Counted from the first letter of the stretch, positions 37,326-49,452 are shown. The stretch is DNA of 64,000 nt from Psilocybe cubensis (GCA_017499595.2 CM039008.1:248001-312000); one strand, 5' to 3'. Numbers and translations: made by a program. The notes: generated by a model not told the origin, from the sequence alone.

Positions 37326-39489
37326 TCGAAATGTCATTTTTTTAATCTGGTCATCTGATTTTTCAATCACGTGCTGTCTGTCAACCAACCAGTAAAACGC
37401 CAGATAACGGGCATCAGTTGTGGTAAGCTAGCTGAAGGTATAATGTAAATCTAGTGGTATATGTTATATATTCTAAGATATGGATACTATAATGAGGTAT
37501 AACTATATTCCTTCCTGTAGCATCATGTCAGAATTATATCAACATTATACCACAAAATACCATATGCCATCAAATTATCATTTTTTGCAGTTCAGTTTAA
37601 GGCATGGTATAATATTATACCACCCCGAGACCACATATACCACATTACCCCTACTTACAGTGCTTATATTGATCATATCATACTTTCCCCGAATCCCTGA
37701 TGACATCAGCGACCAGGATGGTCCGGGTTCCCGTTATCCCTGCACTTTTGAAGACATAGACAACGTAGTACCTGCATTGAATAGTTAATTCTGATACATA
37801 GTGGGAAGGGAAGAATCACGTACATCATCACGCTCATTCCAGAAAGTTGAGACCACATTCTCAGACTCATGCCAAGCATGACACGCCTGGGGTTATTTCC
37901 TTTAAAAAGATCCATGTATGACTTGGCGCCCTCCGCACGCTCGAGATAAACCTAGCAAAAGTTGTATTAGGAAGGAAGATGTATTTTAAAAGCTTCTCTG
38001 CCCTGACCTGCTGTCTGATTTCCTCGAACTCGAGGACCACAAGCTCGGCTTCCTTGTTTCCCTTACCTTGCAAGTCGGCAAGAACTTGCAGGGCTTCTTC
38101 TTTACTACAAATCCATCAGCTTGGAATTTACATTTTTACAGACATATAAAGACGTACTAACCATGATCACAAAGCCACCGAGGGCTTTTGGGGAATGCAG
38201 TCATCCCCAGGCTTAAAATTATCGCTGGAATCATCTGTAGACCCCATGGGAGCCGGAAAGAGGCGACTCCATGAATGTAAGAGCACCCAAATTGGACAAA
38301 ATATTGGATGAGCATCCCCCAGGTAATTGACCATTGCTGCAAGGATACGATGCGACCCCTAATGGAGGGTGCAGTAGTTTCGGACTGATAAATGGGAACC
38401 ACTGCACTGGAGAGGCCAACTGAGAAGCCTGATATAATGTGACCGACCACGAGCATGCCACGGTCCTTATAAATGGTGTATTTCTAGTCATTTTCAAACC
38501 TACAAAGCGAAAAAGATGATACGTACCACCAATGCACATTGAAGAATTGACCCAATAATCCAGAAGATACCTGCAAGAATGATTGTCTTTTTTCTTCCTA
38601 ACCTATCTGCCAGATGCATCACAGCAAGGGATCCGATAAATGATCCTGCTGGCATGGCGGCGACAATGCCTCCCTGAGCAGCTGGACTGGGCTAGTCATA
38701 GATAACATGTGGGTTAGTATGTATCTTAGAAATCCAACTACTCCAAAATCCAACTCACAAATTTAAACGTCTCGAGATATGAAGGATTCTTTTGTTCGTA
38801 TCTCGGAATCGATAATACGATCATAAATCTGGGTAAGACACCCTTACCGTGAGGACTCCGGACATTGATGTAATATCTAGCCCGGCCAAACTACCACCCA
38901 GACACGCAAAGGACCCCACAATGTACTATGAACTACTGTTTATTATGGGATAATAGACAGAAATCAAGTGTATTCGTACCGGATTGGAGGCGATTCTGGC
39001 ATTGTATGTGGTGAACGTCTCAAATAAAATCAAAAGTTAGTCCAGAAGAGAAAGTCAAGTGTATAGCCTGTGCTAACCCCCATAGTTGCGCCGTGTCTTG
39101 AAGACAAAATCTACCAAAGAAATATTGTGGTGAGATATCCACTTGTCCTCCATGGGTCCATAATTTATAGCCATCTTTCTTCGAACCGAGTGCAGGTATG
39201 TGTCTATTTCTGTTAGGCCGTTGAAGGCCGTTTGATCTCCGAAATTAAACTTAAAGGTCAGCAGATCGTATCACTGGTGAGAGGAAAGATGGATTAGACT
39301 GCGCAGATGTGTTTAAGGTTATTCTCGTTCTTCGAAAGCCATAAACATGAGAAACCTTGGTGTTCCATTTTCTTTGTGCATGTACTCGAGCAGGAGTGTG
39401 CCGTCTGGAGGCACAGAACCTCAGTGAAATGCATCAGAATCATTCTCTTCATGGAGAATGAGTATCAAAGACTCTCCCCAGCTGCGCCC

Positions 39490-39824
39490 CCAAGGAAGTT
39501 TTGGGAAATTCATAGAGGAGCAACCAAGCGCGACCAGCATACCAACAGCAAGGTTTCGAGTACAATATTGTCATACCGAAGCTGTTGATGGTGCAACAGA
39601 CGGGTTTAGTAGTGATATATATATACACCGCCAACGAGGGCGGTGACGTCCTGAACGACGATGCCCAAAAGACCGAAGATCTTGGAAAAGACATCACTGT
39701 TGGCGGTGCCGGTGCTGTTACAGCATTGAAGACCACCGGTGTTGCATTGGCTGGCGGGGGATCCTGTGGCGGCAGCAAGGGTAGTCCCAAGTGCGACGGA
39801 AGTAGCAAGGGTCTTGAATTGCAT
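39490..39824 (-). pseudogene. Class I hydrophobin with an internal deletion
   Basis: Signal peptide, QCNTGGLQCCNST...LLGIVVQDVTALVG, then out-of-frame KPVCCTINSF and LVALGCS; the C4-C5 segment is absent and a stop follows VGGVYIYHY. Confidence 0.78.
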
Positions 39825-40302
39825 GTTTGAGTATCATAACTGAGATGTGAGGATTGTTCGAGCTGATGAAAGACTAACGAACCCAGACGCCTCTTTGTAC
39901 TTTGGAAGAGGTCAGGTTCGCACTATGTTGTGTTGTTTTTTGTGTGGGCAGGGACACATGCAATTTCCTTTGGCGCTGAAGCGCTGATCTGTCGTACTTA
40001 ATTCGTTTATTATTGGACTCGGTTTATCTCGCAAAAGCTGAAAATTGCCATATAAAATGGGGCTCTTCTTTCTGTTGTGGAGTTCAAAGTAATGGGTTGA
40101 GAACGAAAATACCCCGTTTCACCGGCAGCGTACAAGGCCGATGAGGTAGTACGGGTAGTAAATAAACATATAGCATATGTAGTCAGTGTTTGCGTCATCC
40201 CACTGGTAACCTTCAGACAGCGTGTCAATGGACCAGAAATTGTTCTAGGACAATGTGATATATCTATTGTATATAATTGTAAAATTAAAGATGTAAGTAC
40301 AA

Positions 40303-41839
40303 TTACTGAGTGAAGAAGTAGTAGGTATACGTGAGCATCATTCCCTCTCTATCTGCACTGTTTTCAAACACTGCGTTCTTTATCGTGCTGAAGATCCACT
40401 CCTGGGAGTAGGGTGCAAACCCTGTTTGTCCTTCCTCCGTGTTGAGTTTGGGATGCGCCGTCATATTCATCGTATTGCGCAAATCACGATCTACGGCATC
40501 GATCTGGCCAGAAATTGACACAACGGCCGCTTGAGTGGGTACAGATTGTGTCCCAAGGATCTTTCCCTGATTCTCGGAACACGATTCGACCAAAATACGG
40601 ATATAAATGTCCGCTACAGACAACAGCGCCTCGTTTCTCTACAGAAAAAAAAATCAAAGGATATGATTATTTGGCCACAAATAATGCTGTTCGGTACTAA
40701 TTGGAGTAGATAGACTCACTTTTGTATTAACATTGTGGACTTCCCTGCCCTGAGACCTTTGCTCCTCTGTGGCAGACTCTACTCTGCGAACAGAATCATC
40801 GCCTGACTTCGATACCAATTCTTGCCTGTCTGACGGCCCAAAGACATTTTGAAATTTGAAGTTAGTCAATTTAGTTACGTGCTCTTCATTGACTTCTTCA
40901 AATCTGGTGATATAGCGATGGGAGTAGATATGACTATCGGTCTCGCAATCGAGGTCTTCATTGACCACTTGCAGCTCGAGCTCGGTAGGATCAAATGAAT
41001 CATAATCAATTTGACCGGTTAAGAGTCCGTGCATCTCGACGCCATTCTCCATCAAGCTAACCGTTAAGGCTGCGTCCTAATGTAAAGGTCGTCAACACGA
41101 TCTTGTTATAGTTGGCAAAAAATAGTCAATTTCATACCTCTCTTCTTAAAACCTCTAAGCGAAATTGATGACGGAGCGGGCGGTAGATATTTGGGAGTGT
41201 ATTTAGTTCTGGAAAACAATTTTTTGTCAGAAGATCAAATGGCTAATGGACATTCACTTTGTCTAATCATACCTTCTATAGTTACCAGCCCCGGTTTGTA
41301 CTTCAGATTCTTGGACATATTGGACAGATCCTCCAAAAGCCTTTTGCGCAAACCAAACTGCTCCAGAGTTCCCTTGTAATCGTTTATCCATTTGGAATTT
41401 CGATACTTGGAATATATTTTGGAGGGATGTGTGATGAGCAAATCATAAAATCGAGTAGATGCATCTGTAGATTGGTGGGTTGGCAAGAAGTGATCAAGAC
41501 AAGTGTAAATAAGCGACTCAAATCTTGCTATGATACTACTTAAAACTCGAACGTACCTTCAGCGATTTTAATGTGCTTGCAATGATCTACCGAGGGTAAA
41601 TTATCCAATGCCCCTTGGTCACCTCGAGAAATTGATGGGAAAGTGCCTATGAGTCGTGTCATTTCATTGACATGATTCAATACAGCCCCGATGATTTTTT
41701 CAATCTGTGTGTCGCTGGATTCGGATATCCTATGCCGCTTGATCCTTGACAAACAGGAGCCCCCAACAAAGAAGTGAAGATGAAGTCTTGGAGTTTTCTG
41801 GTTGGAAGTTGTTGCTTTCTCACTTGGTTGTCGATTCAT
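40303..41839 (-). CDS. Orphan hypothetical protein, 5 exons
   Basis: Frame stays open across four canonical introns (GTACGT, GTATGA, GTATGA, GTGAGT donors) from MNRQPSEK to YYFFTQ*. Confidence 0.6.
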
Positions 41840-41865
41840 GACAGAAACTGGGGGCGTCGCACTTC

Positions 41866-41901
41866 AACCACTGGCAGGTATTTAACCACTGGCAGGTATT
41901 T
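41866..41901. repeat. 18-bp direct tandem duplication in the 5' leader
   Basis: AACCACTGGCAGGTATTT x2. Confidence 0.8.
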
Positions 41902-42202
41902 GAGCCTGTGAATATATAAACGGGTGCATTCAAGTCTCGTCGCTTTCCCAGCTCTTATCTGATTGTTCATGGAATCGATAGACACCGACATTTTCCCTCA
42001 CCAATCAGTTCGTATTGATTATCGATGACCCATGCATCATTTGTCCACCCCATGACATGAACAGTGCATGATCCAGATTGATATTTGGCTTTCACAACTT
42101 CTTTGGACGCGTGTGGTCCTCGCCATTACGCGACTCGACAAATAGATCACATAGGATTGCTCAAAGCCATCTTTCATATACTGACTACAAGAATTTGAAT
42201 AC

Positions 42203-43770
42203 CTATATTTGGCGAGCCAAAATCGCATGAGATTCTACTAAAAAATCCAAAACTTGTTCGGGTTGAACGTTTTTATGAGCGAGATACTGGGAAGCACGAG
42301 GTGATTTAATGAAGAGATGGTCTAGCGCCATGCGAATCAGAGTTGGATTTGTGTTATGGGCAGCAAAGTTCACTTCATTTAGAGCTTCGTCCGGCAAGCA
42401 AAGGAAGTTTAACGTCCTGATATCAAGCTCCGGTTTCAATGAATAAATTAAGGCAGGGAGATCCGCTTGTGTCTGCGACATTTTGCTGACTTCTTCCCAA
42501 TTACCCTTTCCAAGCGATTTGGCAAGCTTCAGACGAGCGTCATCCTGAAGTAACCCGAAAGCCAGGGCCATCATAGATTCATAATTCTGTTATTACATTG
42601 TCAACATAGAAATTACAAAGTTACATAGAATTGACTCACTTGCGCTGTTTGCTTCTTAATCGCCTTATTTTCTTCTCCTTCATTCTGGGGTCTCTCTCTG
42701 TAAAGTTGATTCATCAATTTGGAGGCGTTTTGTACTTGTAAAAATGCTTTATGACGCTCGTTAGCCATGAGCTGCTCCATATTTTCAATTTCCTTTTGAT
42801 GTTTCGCAATCAGCGCGACCTTGTCCTGAGCCGCCGACGCCTGGGCGTTAGCCGCCTCGGCCTTGGCCTTAGCCGCCTCGGCCTTGGCCTTGGCCGCCTC
42901 GGTCATGGCGTTAGCCACCGATGCCTGGGTGTTAGCCGCCGACACCTCGACCTTAGCCAGCGAGATAGACAGCAGGGCGTTCTCACGCGCCAGCTGATCA
43001 AGCAAGGAGCCCTTCTCCAGCGAGGCCTGCTGTGATGCCTTCTCCTGAGCGAACGATGCCTTCTCCTGAGCCAACAATGCGTTCTGCTGAGCCAGCGAGG
43101 CCTCCTTCGTAGCCAGCGAGGCCTCCTTCGTAGCCAGCGAGACCTCCTTCGCAGCCAGCGAGGCCTGCTGCGACGCGTTCTGCTGAGCCAACAAGTCTTT
43201 CTCTTTGGCGAACTCGGCTTTCTGCTGAGCTAGAGCATCGAGCATAGCTTGGTCCCGAGCCAGCGCTTCGTTGATGAAAGCCATATTTTGCTTTGAAACT
43301 TGCAAAAACTTCTCTTCACGTTCCTTCCATTCGAGGTGAAGTGCGAGCTCCCTTTGTGCCCTTGTAAGCTTGAGTACTTCTAGCCTGGCTTTCAACCGTT
43401 TTAGTTCCTCTTTTTTTGCCCTACTGGCTTCGAGCCGTTGATCAGCTGTCAGTTTTTGGGCAGTCTTCTCATCCACAGACTGTTGAAGCAACAATATCAT
43501 TTAAACATGCGGTGAATGGTGAGGCGTGAAGGAAAAAACCTTTTGCAATCCGTCGGTAGCATCGTCGTATTTAGAAGACGAAGGTTTACCACCTCCAGGG
43601 TCAATCGAGGGTGTAAGATAGACGAATGAACGCAGATGAGCAAAACCTCTACCTTTATCATCACGGCTTTCGGTCAGCTTGTTTGCAGCTTTGGACAATT
43701 TATTGTCATACGTAGAGACATCTGAATTCATTGCAGAGGTACTTTCGGTAATACGTTTCTGGTGTTCCAT
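42203..43770 (-). CDS. Orphan coiled-coil protein with heptad tandem repeats, 3 exons
   Basis: MEHQKRIT...LQK|SVDEK...TAQ|NYESMMALAF...LARQI*; 21-bp repeats encode SLATKEA/SLAQQNA/SFAQEKA and AEAAKAK. Confidence 0.65.
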
Positions 43771-44019
43771 GAAAGAAAGAGGGACTCAAAGACTTTGAAT
43801 TTCAAAACCGGAGTCTGATCGACGAAGTCAACCCTGGGCCCGTTCGGTCATGTGACTTAATTTTTTTTTCCACACTTGCGGCGTTGAACGTCTTGCCGAC
43901 ATTGACTGCAACGTCGAGAATAGGCCAATTGACACCCCGATATCCACAAACCCTGGAGTTATAGCATCTGGGACACTTTCATGACTATACCTTCACATTG
44001 ACTCCATAATTTGTGACCA

Positions 44020-46816
44020 ATGTCGTCCATTATCTCCCAATGTGTACATTCTGCGCGGATTAGCTCCAGGTGCAGCTGTTTTGCAAGAGCAGGGGCGGGA
44101 GGAACGTCTTTCTTCCATAGTTCACCTGAACTGTACTATGGTATGTACTTATTTCTATCCTATTCTATTCGTTATATTCTTTTTGTTCGCGAATCTTGGT
44201 TTATAATTGCAGCACGTTCTGACAATTATTTTTTACGCCCACCTGTACATCCAGATTCTCGGAGTTCTTCTTCGTCTTCTAAAAGACAGAACAACGATTT
44301 TGGCCCCTCCGTCAGCAATATGGGCGGTGACCGCAAAGGAAAAGACCGACGCCGCAGCGGAGGCTCGATGATGCTGCCACCTCGTCCATCAGTCGGGGAC
44401 GGAGGCGGGAAGGGCAAGGGAGGTGCAAGCGCCAGTCGCAACCCCGGTCTGGCACCCGTCCAAACTGTTTCGGGACGTGTAGGTCGTGAGACGCGAACTT
44501 CAACCAAAAGCCAATTTGCACGAGACTCGGCACCACACGTAGGCCAGCAACCACGGAGCGAGCAATGGGGGAGGACGATACGGAAGTGGGACGAGGACGA
44601 GACGTCACAGCGAACATTTGGAAAGGGGAAAGGGAGGACCATTTCTATGGCTTCGTCTATCGCGCCAGGGAGGGTGTTCACCGCTGCTGACGCGGACGCT
44701 GGCGTAAACGCGTTCGACCTTGCCGCAGACGACAAATGGAAAACTGATTCTTCGCGCGGGACGTTATCCAGGAATCGCCGCTCTCGCGAATACGACGAAG
44801 AGGACATGGACGCGGAGCAGCCGGATTATCATGTGGGCTTGGAAAACGAAGAAGAGTTCTTCCATCCACCTGGGGAGGTGTCGAACGTGAAGGGTGCCAA
44901 AGCAACCTCTGCGTCGTCGTCAAAAAGTGTAGCAATCGCTACGCGGTTCACCTCGCCGCCTCTGATACCGGGCTTCATTAGTGCACTGGAGGAGATGTTT
45001 GGCAAGGACGCTAAGCCGACGCCTGTGCAAGGATTGAGTCTCTCGTGGGTCATGGATTGGGTTTCGAAACAGGCGAATGTGAAGGAGCTGCAAGTTGTCG
45101 GAGAGGCAGGTTCACAACCCTGGAAAGCCCCCACACCACCCGGTGGATGGCGGGAGTTCCTGCTCGCAGCCGAAACAGGCTCCGGGAAGTCCATCGCATA
45201 CCTACTCCCAATGCTCCAATCCCTCAAGCAATCTGAACCCTCATTCGTCCCCTACTCTCCCCCAAAGGGCGCCGAGTCCAAGAAGAAGGAGTACAGTCCG
45301 CGCGCGGTGGTTCTAGCGCCCACGCACGAGCTCTCGAGGCAGCTCGCTGGATTTGCCAAGGACCTATGTCACTTCCCCGATACCCGTCTCAAGGTGGTGA
45401 CAGTATCGCGTGCGAACGTCCCGAGTACCGTCGGCTCTGGTGTCTCTACGATGCCTATGGAGCAGTGGCGAGAGAGCAAACGAGGAGAAAGCGCACGCAA
45501 GATGACGATGATGCAAGGTGTAGTATTTGATACCCATGGCAAGCAGGTAGACGCGGTGTCTGAGGAAGGTGCGGGCGAAGGGAGACCTCGGGGACATATG
45601 GAACACGGTGCAGATGTTATTGTGGGCACGCCGATGAAGCTTCTTGAGATGGTGCGAGGACGTGGATGGGACAGGATCACAGAGCAGCACCAGCAACAGC
45701 TTGAGCTGCAGGACGCTGCTGCAAAACAATCTCAAGACGAAGACGGTGAGTCCGAGCAGAAGCAGTTGCGTAGAGGTCGTGACAGGATCCCACACTTTGG
45801 GACGTGGAGACCCAAGTCGGAGATGGGCCTCGAGAATGTAGAATGGGTCATTGTGGACGAAGCCGATGTTCTTTTCGGTGAGCTTTCATTATGTTTTAAA
45901 ATTTTGGATTTAGTCAAATTAATCAACAATTATGATACGCTCAGATCCTGATTTCCAAGAGACGACAAGGCTTTTCCTGGCAGATGTCAGTGCAGCACGC
46001 GGTTACCCTATCCCATTTTCTCCTCACCTCCTCCCACCTTCACCTTCCTCCCCGTCCACAGTATCCTCACTATCCACAACTCTCGCACCCGTCAAATACC
46101 CTTTCAATCTCCTCCTCACCTCCGCAACTATCCCAACTTCCCTCAACACATATCTGACTCAGGCACACCCCTCTCTCCTACGTCTCGCTTCGCCAAATCT
46201 ACATAAACTCCCAAAGACCCTACAGGTTGAGTATGTCGCGTGGTCTGGTGGGAACAAATTCGCCGATATCCTCAGACGGCTGAAAAGAGTATGGGCCGAA
46301 GATGCGTCTTCCGCCCACGTGCACGGGAAAGGACAGGATATGCTCAGCCAGGTTGTTATCTTCTGCAACCGCAGTTCCAAGGCAGAGGAGCTAGGCGAGT
46401 GGCTGGAGGACCAGAGCGGCAATGGGGGCGGTGTGAAAGGCGTCGTCGTCGTCACTGGCAAGGGAGGACGCCAGCGTGGAAATAATAAGCACTTGGAAAG
46501 CTTCCTACGTGCGAGGGGCAGGAAAGCAGCGAATCGATCTACATCCAACGAGTCTTCGTCCGGCTCCGCTCCCTCTGAAGCCTCCCCGAAAGTGCTTATC
46601 ACCACTTCCATTCTTTCTCGTGGCCTCGACTTCTCCCCGAATGTCAAGCATGTGTTCATCATCGATGCGCCCAGAAACATGGTCGACTTCGTGCACAGAG
46701 CCGGCCGAGCTGGGAGAGCAGGTATGAAAGGCCGTGTTGTGGTGTTCGGGAAGATGAAAGGCAGAGGCAGCAAGAAGGGTAAGGAGATCAGGGGCAGAGT
46801 CGCTGGATTGATGTAG
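44020..46816 (+). CDS. MRH4: Mitochondrial DEAD-box RNA helicase, MRH4-like
   Basis: PTPVQ, LAAETGSGKSIAY, LAPTHELSRQ, GTP, IVDEADVLF, SAT, IFCN, LSRGLDF and HRAGRAGRAG; presequence-like N-terminus. Confidence 0.85.
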
Positions 46817-47533
46817 GGCGTAGGGGGCTTGTTTTTGTGATCCAGCATGTCGGGCCGTGTGTGGAATTTCCTTCATCTACAGGTAAAATTATTCTAAGTT
46901 AATTTAATTGACACCCCACCGCTCAGATTGACCTTTCTGAAATCACTATTTCGCTTTGGATTGTCAAATATCTCTTGGTGCGTGCTTCTGCCCGGGGACA
47001 CTAAGTCAATGACGTTGTGACCACGTTCCACACCCAAACACCTAGTCAATGTCTTCCTAATTCGACAGCGAACATGTCCGTTGCGAACTTGTCGTTGTCG
47101 AAGTCTGTAATGTTATTCGGCACAAGTAGTACTGACAGATGACAAACCAGCAGATGTCCCATACTTGTGCACGGTCCTTCGAAAGGTTGAGATGACAAAG
47201 GTGATCTATCATAGAAAGTGTCAGCGCTTAGGACTCGTAAAGTTGTAACCTGCTATACACCTGACAACACAATAGCTGACCTAGTGTCACTGTACGCTGC
47301 ATTTTGCCCATCAGTATCGAAACATTATATAGTCTCCGCAGCCAAATGACGGCTAACTAAGAAGGCAGCACACAAAATATCCTAAGTGCTAGCCATCCAA
47401 GCACATAGAACTAGCGGTTCTTTGAAGCCTAGCCATTTTTTGTACAGATGTTTATTAGGCTATCTAACCGATATAAAGCCAAGACGGATGTTGTGAATCT
47501 CTCAAGCCACTGCATTTCCATCCTGCTTGTATC

Positions 47534-48031
47534 ATGCACTTGTTGAACCTCAAGCTCTCTACATTCCTCCGTGTTGTTGCGTTTTGTACGGCACTAACCC
47601 AAGCTCGCATGTCAGTCCGTGTAAGTTGGAATTTCTTTTCAGAAGGAGTTCGCCTTCAAGACCTGACGAAAATTGCAGAATACTATGGTGGAGCCGTCAG
47701 TTATCTTCTACGACGACGTCAACCAAATCGGTGCTTCCTATTCTCCAGCACAAATCATCCCGGGAGACTGTCAAACCCTGCCTGGTAACTGGTTGGACAG
47801 GGCACAAAGTGTCCTCATTGGACCGGGATACACCTGCAACTTCTACGTGTGCGTATTTAGTAGAAACTACAAGTTATTCAAATCTCATTTATGACTTCGA
47901 TGCATTTTAGCAATTCTGGATGTGAAGGAGTGGGCCAACAGCTTTCTGGAATTGTCGGTGTCCTTTCTATGTCGTCATGCCCTCCTCTTTACAACAGCAT
48001 TGAGTCCTTCTCTTGCAATAAGGCGGTCTGA
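47534..48031 (+). CDS. Small secreted beta/gamma-crystallin-like protein, copy 3 (more Cys-rich)
   Basis: Signal peptide; VIFYDDVNQIGASY...CQTLPGNWLDRAQSVLIGPGYTCNFYVNSGCEGVGQQLSG...YNSIESFSC; TATAAA near 47472; same 3-exon layout. Confidence 0.68.
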
Positions 48032-48338
48032 TTGTGCGTGAGATAAGAAAGTCGGAAGTAAATTAGATATTAAATATATATTTTTGTGTTTATGCTTATG
48101 CTCGACTCCTTTGTTGAACTGCGTTTATGTTCGTTGTGGTTGGGCATACATTTGTGAGACGAGTCAACTTATGCCCACGGCTTATGCCGGTTCGGAGTTT
48201 GAAATATTGATTGCCGACGGGTTTATCCAAAGTTTAATTTCAGGTACCTTAAACACCACTTCATCTTCCACAAATGAGAAGAACACCGCAAAGATGCAAT
48301 GCTAAATTCATGCTTTCGACTAAAACAGAATGAAGGGC

Positions 48339-49452
48339 TTAAAGCAGCATGAATCCACCTTCTACGTAAATTGGTTGACCAGTGATGTATCCGCATCTAT
48401 TGAAAACGAATCAGATCATCAGCGTGAAGAATACCAATCCGCGTATCTTACTTCATTAAGAAAATGTATGCCTCAGCAATCTTAGGCAAATTTTCCACCG
48501 ATGTCAAATTTATTTCTACGTTGGAAAATGCTATGCTTATGCTTACCTCACTAGGCTCTCCAGCACGCTTGAGGAGAATTTTCTCGTTGTACGCTTTCAC
48601 AATGCTATCTTTGTGTTCGCCGAACATTTTATCGAGAATCTTTGTCATAAATTATCAGTATTTTGATGGCCTCTTATAATCACAATTGATAAACCAACCT
48701 CTGTGTTAATCTGGGTAATGATCAACAAAATAAGTCAATACGTGTGTAGTTCGGACTGAGTGAAACGCTCAGAACTAACCATACCGGGGCATACGAGGTT
48801 TACACGAATAGGAGAAAATTCTAATGCCAGTCCCCTGGTCAAACCCTCCAATGCAGAGACTGCACCGCTGGCCAAATATCCCCCTGGGAAAGGCCTGTGT
48901 CCGGCTACCCCTATCAGTGTGTTCTTCATCAGCAACTGATCCCTCATAAATACAATGACAATGTACCTCCGGTAAGTATCAAGGACCCTCCTGGATTGAA
49001 TTTGACATTCCTCGCAAGAATGAATGGTCCCCAGAACCCGAGTGTAAAAATGGCTTTTGGTTAACAAGTTAGAACGAGTAATATCGCCGTAGGTGTTATA
49101 TTCTCCAACCTTGGCCTTCTTCCGCGGACTGAACGTTTGAATAAGGCAACCCTCCACCTTCTTCTCCCTTGGGAACCTCCCCACCCGTCCAGACAACATG
49201 GTCTACAAGACCTAACGCGGCTGCGAAGGCCTTGACTGCGCTGGAATCCTTTGCATCCAGGACCTCTCCACGGACCTCGCCAGGTAGGTTATAGGCTTTC
49301 AAACGTGAGACTGCGCCTTCTACACGGCCTTTATTGCTCGATGCAATAATCACAGTCGCTGCAAGGTACTGGAGGGAAGCAAGAGCAACACCAAAGCCGA
49401 TTCCGGACGAGCCGCCTACTACGACGATGGTCTTATTCTGGAGAGTTGACAT
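48339..49452 (-). CDS. Short-chain dehydrogenase/reductase
   Basis: VVVGGSSGIGFGVA, LTRGLALEFSPIRVNLVCPG and C-terminal YITGQPIYVEGG. Confidence 0.9.

Larger units (their letters stand above)
26854..37702. mobile_element. Plavaka-type (CACTA/CMC-like) DNA transposon, 10,849 bp
   Basis: Perfect 19-bp TIR CATCAGGGATTCGGGGAAA at 26854-26872 and 37684-37702; 2-bp TSD AC at 26852-26853 and 37703-37704; AT-rich subterminal ATACC repeats; internal transposase gene. Confidence 0.92.
25943..39082 (-). pseudogene. MFS sugar (hexose) transporter interrupted by a 10.8-kb transposon
   Basis: 5' part (39082-37705): DRLGRK, PIYQSE, RGRIVSLQQW, PxSPRWL, WSQLSGMSVMMYY. 3' part (26853-25943): IDKWGRRP, GPVSWTYPAE, PETVGRSLEE. 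Removing the insertion restores exon...GCTGAT|GTACGT. Confidence 0.88.

Noticed and set aside
42820-43190. 21-bp repeats as a CRISPR-like or satellite array
   Set aside because: No spacers; they are in-frame heptad repeats of a eukaryotic coiled-coil exon.
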